Source of the DNA: Oikopleura dioica | Taxonomy: Eukaryota > Animalia > Chordata | Direction: 5' to 3' | DNA length: 64,000 bases | NCBI GenBank assembly: GCA_907165135.1 | Contig: OU015567.1 | Coordinates: 4,836,001 to 4,900,000, forward strand | Shown here: in pieces, positions 38,801 to 50,800 of the stretch | How the letters are laid out: each line of letters starts with the position of its first letter | Position numbering within the stretch: the stretch's first letter is position 1 | Made by a program: the position numbers and the translations under genes | The notes under the pieces: model-generated | The model's input: only the letters and a program-made list of their open reading frames with translations | What the model was told of the DNA's origin: nothing | Databases searched by the model: none

Positions 38801-41800
38801 CTAGAATCCAAAGTCTCTGTATCGATAAGCAGTCTGTAAAGATCTTTTATGTACTTCAACTCGATTGAAGTTTTCTGCCCAATCGACGTCCGGGAAACAG
38901 CTTCTGTACTCTTCCTTATCCGGGAACAAAAAGAAACGAGCTAAAAATGCTGAAATCTCGTTTCAATCTCTTCTTTTCTTACCCTCTTTGAGTGCCTCGG
39001 CGCCAATGCCAGCGACATAAATCATCAAATCATTATCGACACTTTTCTCCGGCTCAATGTTGAAATCGTAGATATACTGTCTTGGTGTTTTCTTGATGAA
39101 ATGAGCAATTCTTCCAGGCCCAAGAATGGAGACATTCAGAGTCGATTTTTGGAAGGTTTCGATTCGAATATTCAGTGACCAGTTGTGTATTTTTGCCGGA
39201 TCAAGTCCGATACTAGAATTTTTTATTTTAAGAAGAGACTGGCAATGTTTACCTGAAGCCACTGTTAACGACATTTATCTGGACGAAATCTTCCATCATC
39301 GGATCGTCTTGACAAATTGGCTGGAAATTACAAACGCCCGGTTTTTTCAGCCCTTTCAGCGCGCTTTCGAAGCACAAACTTTGCACTTTTTTCTTTTCGC
39401 AAAAATCACCTTCCCAAGCATCCGGACACTCGCAAGTAATAGACCCGCTTTCATCGAGCTGGCATTTTCCGCCGTTTTTGCAAGGGTCGCTAGAATCGCA
39501 GGGAGTTAGTACGCAATTGGCACCAGTTGCAAAGTCGGGACAAAAGCATTGATAACTTGCCGGGCCGATTGAATTTGTGATGATTTCACAGCTTCCGCCA
39601 TTTTCGCAGGCATCATCGCAGATTGAAAGCTCGCATTTTTCGCCAAAAAAGCCCTGAGGACATTCGCAAAGGTTGTCAATGCATGTTCCTGGGCCGCATT
39701 CTCCGTAATTGCAGCCATTTTTGGGAATATCGCACCACTCTCCGACCCAGTCGATTTCGCAGAGACAAGTGTTCGCCACGGTTCCTTAGAAAATCATGAA
39801 GTTTTACCCCTTTTGGTAGAAAAAATACCTTGTGGAAGAGTCGGATCTCTACAAAATCCAAATTTGCACTTCTCAAAGCAGTTTTCCTCCTCACAAAATT
39901 CGCCTTTCCATCCATGATCGCATTCGCATTTCGGCAAAGCTCCATTTTTCGTAAATCGAACAACGCATTTTCCATTCGCTCCGCAATTTTCAAACCCAGC
40001 GCAGGGGTCGATTCCACAGTTGACTCCGCTGAATCCAGCTGCGCAGTGGCAGGTGAAGCCGCCCGTGGAGGTGGGGACGCATTTGCCATTGTTGAGGCAG
40101 GGAGACTCGTCGGTGCAGATGCTTTGTTCGCAGAGAACGCCGTGGAAGTGATCCGGGCAGGTACAAAAGGGACGACCGGTGATTCCCGGATCGTTCGGGT
40201 CGTTTCCATCCCCGCTCGATTCTTCCTCTCCTCCGAAGATCGCGGCCCAGTCGATGCCACTGATTCTACACTCGCCTCCGTTCAGACAAGCAACATCGGA
40301 ACAAACATTGTTCTGGCACTTTTGCCCGGTAAAGCCAGTGAAACAATCGCATTCAAAAGTCATGTCCGAAGCCGTTGTTGACCCTCGATCCTTCATTGCC
40401 TTTTTCGGTATACAATTGCCTCTGTTTTCGCAGGGATTCGGATTGCAGACAGATTTTTGACAAGTGTGGCCGTAAAAACCAGGGAGGCATTCGCAGGTAT
40501 AGCGCTTTTTCGAGTTGTTTTCGAAGAGTTTAGAATTGATTCCAAGCTCGCGGGAGATGATAAAGTCCTCGTATGTGTATGAGTCATCGTATGAGTCATA
40601 ATACGAGTCATAATACAATGACTCATTGTATGAATCATAGTCTGAGTAACTGTATGAGTCATCGTAAGAGTCGTTAGCCTCCACAATGAACATTTTGTTT
40701 TCCACCGTGATTTCAATAATTTCATTCGACTCTGTCACCCGACTTGCTTTGGGCACACAAACTGAGTTCCTCGGGCAATCATTAATCGCGCAAATATCGA
40801 ACTCGCAGAATTCCCCTCGTCCTTTTCCTCGGCATCTGCAAAATTGATTGAAATAAGAGCCCCCTCCCATCATCTCGAAAAAGCATTTTCCACCATTGCA
40901 AATATTGACCTCAGAGTCAGCCTGTTGGCATGGGCTTCTTTCGCAGTTTTCTCCGTGCCAGCCCGCGTGACAAGCGCATTTCTTTTCCCCGTTTTCGACC
41001 GAGCACCAGCCGCGCTCGCAGAAAAGCGGGTCTTCGGCGCAGATTTTTTCCGCCGCATTCTCTTCGCAGTATTTTCCAGAAGTTCCTTCATTGCATAAAC
41101 AGACAAAACCCTCCTCAGCAGTGGAATCAGCCTGGCAAGTGCCGCCGTTTTTGCAGTAGCTGTTCAACTCGCACAAAGAAATTTCACACAATTTTCCGAT
41201 AAAAGAACTTGGACAGAGGCAGGCGAAGGAGTCGTCTATGATTTCACATGAACCGTGATGGCAAGGGTTGCTCGAGCAGGGGGTGATTTCGCAGTGCGGC
41301 CCGGAAAATCCGCTTGGACATTCGCAGACGAAACCGTACTCAGTTACAGCTTCGTTGAGCTGGTTTGTTGTCAGATGACATTTTCCAGCGCCGCAAGGGT
41401 TGGTTGAACAGGGTGTTATTTCGCAAAAAAGACCACTTATTCCCGCTTGGCAAGAGCATTTCACCTCGCTATCGGAAAAATGGCACTGTCCGCCATTTGC
41501 GCATTCGATTTTGTCATCCCCTTCGCAAGGAGTTCCCTCGCAAAAATTCCCAGTAAAACCAGTTGGGCATTCGCAGAAAGGATTTTCGTCATCGTCGATG
41601 TTGCACTTTCCGCCGTTGAGGCACATTGAATCATCGCAAAGTCGAATTGAGCATTTGACGCCAGAAAAGCCGGGCAAGCAATTGCACTTGAAATTTCCAT
41701 CTTCAATCGAGCAGGACGCGTTGTTTTCGCACTCGATGTTTTCGCAAATGGATTTTTCGCAGTAATCGCCAAGAAAACCCATCGCGCAGGTGCAGACGCG

Positions 41801-44800
41801 TTTTCCAGCGAGGACTTCGCATGTTCCGTCGTTGAAACAGGGGTTCAAGTCGCAAGGGCTCTGGTCGCAGAACTCTCCGGAATACTCGTTTATGCATTCA
41901 CAACTGACGGAGTTTTCGGAGATCGGAGTACAGAGACCGTTTTGGCCACAGGGGCCTGCGTTGCATGGCGAAATTTCGCACCTGTTTTCCTCTCCATGAG
42001 TGATTCCTGGAGGACAAAGGCACTGAGCAACGCGATCAGCATCGATAAAACAAGTTCCATCATTTTGGCAGTAATTTTCAAAAAGGTCACAGACGGTCTT
42101 TTCACAGAAATCTCCGAGAAAGCCTTCGCTGCAAGTGCAAATCTGCTCATTCAAGTTGTTTTTCGAACAGATTCCTCCATTCTCGCAAGGGTCGTTTGCA
42201 CAAAGATCAATTTCACAGCGACTACCGTGGAAATTCCCAATGCATTTGCAACCAGGCTCTCCATTTTCATCAACAAAGCACTCGCCATTTTCGCCATTAC
42301 AGTCAAAAGACTCGCATACAGTTATCTCACAGTAGCTGCCAGTAAAGCCGGGAGGACAGAAGCAAGATGTATCGCTAAGAGTCTCAGTCGCTTTGAAATG
42401 AAAGTTTTTGATGTTTCCAGAAGCCGGCGATTTCGACTCAGAGACGGTTTTGACGGAAAAGTTTTGGTAGAAAATCTTGTTTCCGGGAAGTTTTACTGTG
42501 TGTCTGAGGTATTCCTTTCCATCGATCGTCACTAGAATCTGATCTGATCTGGCGATGATGTCGAATTTCGTCCCTCCGGTCTTTTCAAAACTTATTTTGG
42601 ATTGCAAAATTGAGCCAGAACCGCGCTCACACTTCAAAATCGTACAGAGCCAAAAGTCAACCGAGTCCGGGTCTTCTGAAATCGTCAGCAGCGATCCAGA
42701 TGCTTCACTTACAAAATCTTCTTTATCCAGAACTTCGATTCTTCTTCCATCAAAAACGACTTCCAAAATGAATTTTTGATCCTGAGGAAGTTCAAAGCTT
42801 TTATAAACGAAGCTCATTTTCCAATCAAGTGTCAGTTCGGAAATTGTCAAAATCTCCTTGCCCATTTCAATGTCGATCGATTCCCTTTTCAAGTCGCCAA
42901 TGAGTTCGCATTTTCCATTGACGCAATTATTGCCCTCGTCCGAGTCGCAAGGGGTTACTTCGCAGACTTCTCCGGAATACCCATCTGCGCAGTCGCAAAA
43001 ATACTCGCTTTCGATTCCATCGCCAGACCCTTCACCTTCTTTTTTGCATTTTCCTCGTTGATTGCACCCTTCAAGCAGCGAATCACAAGGGGTAATATGA
43101 CACAGTGCTCCGGAAAAGCCCTCGTTGCAGTCACACTCGAATCCGTTAACAAGCGGCACGCAGGTTCCATCATCACCGCATGGATCGTCCGAGCAATGAT
43201 TTTCCTCGCAGCGTGAGCCGAAATAGCCATCTGGGCACTCGCAATATCCAATCAAGCCAAAAACCAAGCAAAATCCGCCGTTTTCGCATTGGATATCAGT
43301 ACAAGCGTCGTAAACACAGTCGGGTCCATGGAAACCCGGTGCACATTCGCACTCGTAAAATTGCGGTGGTTCAAAAAGCTGGTCGTCTTCCAAGAGAGCC
43401 GGGTTGGTTTCATTTCTCGCCACGACATGGCAGGTCCCGCCATTTTGGCATTTGTTATCGGAACAAGGAGTAAACTCGCAGAACTGTCCGTAAAAGCCCT
43501 CTTGACAAATGCAAGTTGGAAATCCGCCCTGAATCGAGCAAACTCCATCGTTGAAGCAGCTGTATTGTATTGTCTCTTCAGTATTGCAAGGAGTTACTTC
43601 ACAGTGCTCGCCTGAAACTTCAAAAAGCCCAGAACAATCGCATTGATAACCAGGCGCTTGAGGAATTTGAACGCATTCTGCTCCATTTAGACATGGATTT
43701 TCGTCGCAAGGGTTGATCTCGCAGAATTCTCCGAGCCAGCCAATGCAGGAGCATTCGTATCCCTTCTCAAAATCACTCGATAGGGAGCAGAATCCATCGT
43801 TCAAACATGCATGTTCGTCACAAGGAGTAACTTCGCATCTTTCCCCGGAATATCCATCTTTACATTCGCACTTAAAATCGTCTCCGTTTCCAATACACTT
43901 TCCTTCGTACAAGCATGGGTCTTCGCTGCACACCCCTTCGAGGCAGTACCTGCCGCTGAAGCCCTCGGGACAGTCGCAGTAAAAGTCCTGATCGATGATG
44001 GAACAAGTGCCGTTATTCTGACAAGGAGAATTTTCACACGGAGTTGTTTGGCAAATATCACCAGAAAAGCCATCCGGACAGCTGCAAGTAAAACCTGTAC
44101 TGTCTGCAGTACAAGTAGCTTTATACAGACATGGATAAGTCGAGCAAGAATCGAACTGGCACTTTTCACCGTAGAAGCCGATTTCGCATTGGCAGGTGTA
44201 GCCTGTTTGATGAGGAAAGCAAGTTGATCCATTTTCGCATTCGTTTCCTTGGCAGGAATCGATTTGGCAAAACTTACCAGAATAACCAGTTGGGCATCGG
44301 CACTCGAATTCATCAGCACTGGTTGGATCGCAAAGACCATTGTTGATGCACGGATTCGGGTGGCAAATGTCTAATTGGCAGAACTCCCCATTGAAACCGT
44401 CTTTGCAAGAGCAAGAAACACGCAAATCATTTGTCAGCGAACAAGTTCCGCCATTGACGCATGGATTTTCTTCACAAGGAGAGACTTCGCATTTTTCCCC
44501 TCCAAAGCCTTCTGGGCAGAGACAGACGTACGAATCGACCCCGGGGACGCATTTGTCACTGGAAACGTAGAAACAGGGGTTGTCAGAGCAAGTGGTTAGT
44601 TCGCAGTTGTTTCCGAAAAAACCAGCTTGGCAGGTGCAGCTGGCTTCTCCTTCTTCGATTGAACAATGGCCTCCGTTTAGGCAGATCTGAGAGTCGCAGA
44701 CGGAGTTTTGGCAGAAAGAGCCGGAGAAACCAGGATCGCAGATGCACGAAGTTTGGCTTTGGTTTTCTTCTTTAAATGATTTCTTTTGTATAATATAAAA

Positions 44801-47800
44801 TATTTGAATCGTTAATTGACATCAGAAGATAAATGAGTTCGTTTTTATTGCAGGCTTAACGTTTTCGGAACAGAAATTCCATCATCAGAGCCGGTTGCTT
44901 GAAAACTTGACGATCTTTTTTACAAGGGAGAAACTGACCTTTTCTTGTTGAAGAGTGAACTGATCAAAATTGCGAATAATAATTTGATCCCTAACCATAT
45001 TCTAGAGAAAATTCTTTAACCCAAACTGTTTTTATAATCTCAGAGGCTCCAATTGCCTTCAAAACTTATAAAAACAGTTTGGGTTAAAGAATTTTCTCTA
45101 GAATATGGTTAGGGATCAAATTATTATTCGCAATTTTGATCAGTTCACTCTTCAACAAGAAAAGGTCAGTTTCTCCCTTGTAAAAAAGATCGTCAAGTTT
45201 TCAAGCAACCGGCTCTGATGATGGAATTTCTGTTCCGAAAACGTTAAGCCTGCAATAAAAACGAACTCATTTATCTTCTGATGTCAATTAACGATTCAAA
45301 TAATGGCTACCGACATCGAATCAAGCGCTTGGAAAACTTGGCATCAAAAATGCACAGGTCCAGGGAGCACAGAATTTCTTATCGAACTGTGTTTCTGATC
45401 AATTATTGCCTAATTTTACTAAGGTACCAGCCTCAGTTTTAAAATTTTGTAAATGGGGTAGGAATAAAATTCGTAGGGAACGGGAAAAAATTTTAGTAAG
45501 GGAACTTGAAAATTGTAATAAAAAATTAGAAGAAATTAGGGTATTATTTAATGAACATCTGTTAAAGTTTTTCGATGAAGAAAAAATTAAATCGGAAAAA
45601 GAAAGAATGAAATTTATTATAGATTTAGAAAATAAAGCTAGAATAAAAGATGAAGATCGAGATAACAAGAGACAAATTAAATTTGGGAAACTCAAAGCCA
45701 AACAACAATTTAATAAACCAAAAAATTTTTAGTAAAAATTTATCCAGTAAACAAATTCCAAATAATATTCAGAAAATTCTAGAAAGAGGTTACAAGGCCC
45801 CTGTAGGGGGAAGGCCTCATGAATTAAATTTATTACAACAATTTGACAGTTTACTTGGACATCTTCAACGGTATGACAAATTTCAGTCTCTTTCACCGAT
45901 ATCTAAATTTCATCTTAAGGGAAAACTTACTGTTATGCATGAAAAACTCACTTGTTGTTTTGGGGGAGATGACAGTAATAAAGTAATACGACAATTTTTA
46001 AGGGATAATTCAGATATTGTTTTTGTTCTTGGTGACAAAGATTCTGTAATCGTTATTCTAGAAAGAGACAGATACGAAAATGCTCTTTTAGCAGAATTTA
46101 AGGATACAAATAAATTTATTGAGGTGCCACTAGATCCGGTTGAGGAAGATACTATAGAAATGCGGAAAAACTTAAGATCACTCGAAAAATATGTCGACAA
46201 GAAATTTTATAATTTGAATAAACCTATTTCTAATATAAAAGTAGCTTATGGTTTAGCCAAATATCACAAACCATCGTTTGAGCAAGAATTATATATGAGG
46301 CCTATTATTTCGGCAAAAAATACAGTAAGCGAAAATTTTCAGAAAAATTTTCTTGGAAAATTACTTGATAACTTGAAGTGCGATTTTACTCTTCAAGGAT
46401 CAAAACAATTTAGCGACTGGTTTAAAGACAAAAATTTTGATTACTCACAAATTGATTATGCAAGTTTTGATATTGAAAAAATGTACCCTTCAGTAAATAC
46501 TTCGCATTTAATTGAGTTATTAATCAAATTTATTTATGAGGAAAATTCACCGTCAAAAATTTTGCCAAGATTTAGAAATGAGGAAAAAAAATTATTGAAA
46601 CCAATTCCAAAAACTGTTCTTTGGCCTATCTTAGTTTCTGTGCTCACTCGTTTGACCTCTTTCCGTTGTTTTGACAAGTATTATAAGCAAATTTCGGGTC
46701 TAAGTATGGGTGACAGTATTAGCCCTAAATTGGCAAATTTTTATCTACATGTACTCGAAAAAGACAAAATCAAAAAATTGATTAATGAAAAAATCATTTT
46801 CGGTTATCGGCGCTATCTCGATGATACCATCGTATTCTTCAAACGTGGTTGTTTCGACGAAGTCAATAATATTTTTCAAAGTCTTCATGAAAGTCTGAAA
46901 ATTACAGTCGAAAGATCTTGTCCAAGTGGTATAAAATTCCTTGATTTTATAATTTATCCTTCAGAATCAAATATCCTTCAAATACGCAACAATCGTAAAC
47001 ACACAGTTCCGATGAATTTCGTAAAAGATACTGCTCCGGTCTCTCTGAAAAAGGGAATTCTTATATCAGAAATCAAAAGGTCATTCTACAAGCATTCTTG
47101 TCAGAAAACTCTTGACGAGGAGTTAAAAGAGATAGAACAGAAATATCTCTCTCAAGAATTTCCCCTAGAAATTATACGTGATGCAGTAAGAGTAGTTAAA
47201 GAGGGTAAAACGGATAAAAAAGACTGGAAACTGGAAAAGTCTGAAAATCCAGAGAGAAATTTTACAATCTGTATTCCTTTCACGAGTCAGAGGGTGTCCC
47301 GAATAACCAGCGAGTTGCGCAGGTTGATATCCGTATTTTTACCAGAATTTAATTTGCACACGGCATTGTCTACTGTAACGATGCGTAACACGATTATCTC
47401 CAGTCTACTGCCGAAGACGGAATTCGAAAAGGCCATTAATGTGGTGTATTCGTTTAAATGTCGGTGCGGCGAAGAGTATATTGGAGAGTCGGAATCCCTG
47501 AGCATGAGAATCCGAGATCATGGACAACCATCAAAAGATACAGCTATATTTTCTCATACAAAAGAGTGTGATGATTTTAAGACAGGGTTCATTGAGAAAT
47601 ATCAGCAAAATAATCCTCAATCTCGATTTGACTATCTTAGCTCACATTTATCGATATTACATAAAAATCTTCCTTATGACAAGAGAAAACAAGTTGAGGG
47701 TCTTGAAATCGTGCTTAAAGATCCGCAGTTAAACAAACAGATCAACCATCGAAAAATCTTCATTTTGTGATACCACTCAGAGGCAAGTTTTGAAGGCAAT

Positions 47801-50800
47801 TGGAGCCTCTGAGATTATAAAAACAGTTTGGGTTAAAGAATTTTCTCTAGAATATGGTTAGGGATCAAATTATTATTCGCAATTTTGATCAGTTCACTCT
47901 TCAACAAGAAAAGGTCAGTTTCTCCCTTGTAAAAAAGATCGTCAAGTTTTCAAGCAACCGGCTCTGATGATGGAATTTCTGTTCCGAAAACGTTAAGCCT
48001 GCAATAAAAACGAACTCAATATAAAATATATATAAAATATATATTCTGGCAAAAAGGAACAAATTTTTTTGTGCGATTTTTTAAATCTATCGTTCATTTA
48101 TCATGATCAAAAATTCCTGTTCTCCCAATTTTATACACCATTATGGTTTTTAGAAGCAAATGTTAAAAATACAAGAAACCATTCCTGTTTTCTGCTGAAC
48201 AACACAAGTCTGATCCAAATGACACGGATTTCTAGTGCAGGGATCATTTTCGCATCGCGCCCCGTAAAAACCCTCTTCGCAGTCGCAAATGAACCCAGTT
48301 ACACTTTTCGCCTCCAACAGACACTCTCCATCATTCAAACAAGGAGAGTCGTTACAAGGGCTGTTTTCGCACAAATCTCCAGTGACGAATGGGTTTTGAC
48401 AGGAGCAGACAAAATGAACGCCTTTTGGGACACATTCGCCGTCATTTTCGCAGGGCTGGGTTGAACAGGCCTGGTCTTTTTCGGATATTTCAAGAAATAA
48501 TATAATATAATATAATATAATATAATATAATATAATATAATATAATATAATATAATATAATATAATATAATATAATATAATATAATATAATATAAAGTTG
48601 ATGTATCCGTGCGTATGTGGCAGTTATCCCCTTCAAATCCACTGGCACAATGGCATTTTGCTGCTAAATTCTCCGAGTCAAAAACGCAAATTCCCCCATT
48701 TTCGCAGCTCTTCCCCAAGCAAGGGTCAATTTCACAAAACAACCCTTTTAGATCTTCTGGGCAGTCGCAATAGGTGTCTGTTCCATCAACTTTGCAAGTT
48801 CCGTACTTGCAGGGCGAGTCGTGGCAGGGATCGATATCGCAGTAATCACCGCTATAGTTTGGCAAGCAATCGCAGGTGTAAGAGCTTCCGGAGATAAGAC
48901 ATTGAGAACCATTCCGGCAATTATTCTTTGAACAAGGAGTAATCTCGCAATTTTCTCCGGTGTAGCCATCTTTTTTTGGGATGAAAAAGATCGATTTTTA
49001 AGCCATAAAATATCATTTACAATTCATGCACTTTTGTTAATTAAGGCCTTCATCAACTACTGTCTAAGACAGGCTGTTATTCATGAATTATTCAAAGCGA
49101 TATATTTTCTTTGGAAAGTTTTTTGACCAGAAACCTGTTTCGAGAAATATGCGACTTTCTTATTTGATTTTTCTTTTGTTTGGAATTCAGGGAAAATTCA
49201 TCTTTGGAGGTTTTTACGACGCCATTTGCGCCAGAAGTGGTAAGAAAGAGAATAAAAAAAAATGATTTTTTCGATTATTTTTAGATTACAGAAGAGCGTA
49301 TCCAGAAGATTGCCAGCGAAGAAAAAATGGCTTTGGCTGGCGGATTCAATAAACTTGACAAAATTGACAAATAAACTTGACAAAGCCACTCTTCATGAAT
49401 TATTTTCAGAACTTCTTATTTGAAAGGCCGCATGTTTTCGACTAAGAGCCTTCTTCTTAGCGAGAACGATGAGATTTTTCTACGTTTTTTTACTGTTTGG
49501 AATTCAAGGAAAATTCATATTTGAGCGTTTTTACGATGCAATTTGCGCGCGACAAGGTCTGAAAAAATTATTTTCCGACTTAATTTATTTTCTTTCTTCA
49601 GATTACAGAATTGCTTATCCGGAAGATTGCCAGTCCGGAGCAAACAAATTCTCCTGGCAAATTCACTACAAATGACTAATGAAATGGGGCTTATTCTGAA
49701 TTGACTTTTCTGAGACTCTTCTTTCTATAGTTTTTATATTTTTCTTGAATTAAATTCGTATTCGCCGCAAATAAACTAGATTTCTTCCATTAGAATCAAA
49801 AATTCATGCAAACTTCTTCGCAATAAATCTCAAAAGACAGCCCTAACGACTCATTATCGTATAAATAATTATCATCGGAGCATAAAAAGAAACCATCAAC
49901 ATTTAACAGAGTCAGTAAAAAAACGTCCTAAAGTTCAAATGAAAATCTTACTTCCTTTTTTCTTTTCAGCGATTTCGGGAAAATTCGCCTTTGGGGGCTT
50001 TTACTATGCTATTTGCAATAAAGAAGGTATTAAAAATATTTCAAGAGAATAAATAATCGGAAAATTAAGATTACCGACAAGCCTATCCAGAGGATTGCCA
50101 GCGAATGAAAGGAAATCCAAATGAATGGAAAATTCTTTAAATTTCTCTGATTTTTAATAAATTCTTCGTTTTCATCCCTTTCCTGGGCAATGACACTTGT
50201 ACTCTCCTCCTTCCAGATCTTCGCACTCTCCTTCATTCAGACATGGGTCAAGATCGCAAAGAGTATTCTGGCAGTAAATTCCCACAGTTCCAGGTCGACA
50301 GTAGCACTGCGGCAGGTTATCTTCGTTGATTCCACAGACACCCAAGTTGGCGCAGGTCAACAGTCCCGTGTCGCAAGGGGAGTTCTCGCAGTTTGGCCCG
50401 GAAAAACCAGGCTTGCAGGAGCAGATGTATCCTCCCTGAATGACAGTACAACTGCCACCATTCTCACAAGGCGAGCTAGAGCAAGCATCGATCTCGCAAT
50501 GAATTCCCGAAAATCCATCATCACACTGGCATTTATACGAATTATCTTCCATAATATAACATTTCCCAGATGTCCCGCAAGGATTCAAGTGGCAAACTGT
50601 CTCCTCACAAAAATCCCCTATATAGGGAGGGTCACAGCTGCATCGAGGGGCGCCGCCGTCCATGATGCATGTTTGCCCATTGCAAGGATTCAAGGCGCTG
50701 TCGCAGGGAGAGCGCTCACATACGACGCCGGAATAGTTGTTGATGCAGGAGCAGTTAAATCCGCCGGTGGGAATGTTGTTTTCGTCCATGTCTTTTCAAA

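Larger units (their letters stand above)
44801..48018 (+). mobile_element. Penelope-like retroelement (Penelope/Poseidon type) with direct pLTRs and an inverted 5' pLTR, in an intron of the EGF gene
   Basis: Direct repeats 45066-45269 and 47815-48018. Inverted arm 44801-45037 pairs with 45066-45302. Candidate TSD AATATAAAATAT (44792-44803 and 48018-48029). AATAAA at 48003. Confidence 0.95.

Noticed and set aside
39126-44775. Many plus-strand and alternative-frame ORFs over the EGF gene
   Set aside because: They are shadows of the long Cys-rich minus-strand frame, with no motifs or independent splice signals.
45715-45735. Programmed ribosomal frameshift at AAAAAATTTTT in the Penelope ORF
   Set aside because: The heptamer is a -1 type signal but the downstream frame needs +1. 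A second homopolymer indel upstream suggests error or mutation instead.
48335-48865. ORF-track protein with a YYIIL repeat
   Set aside because: The repeat is the intronic (TATAA)n microsatellite. EGF modules resume in a different frame after the acceptor near 48475.
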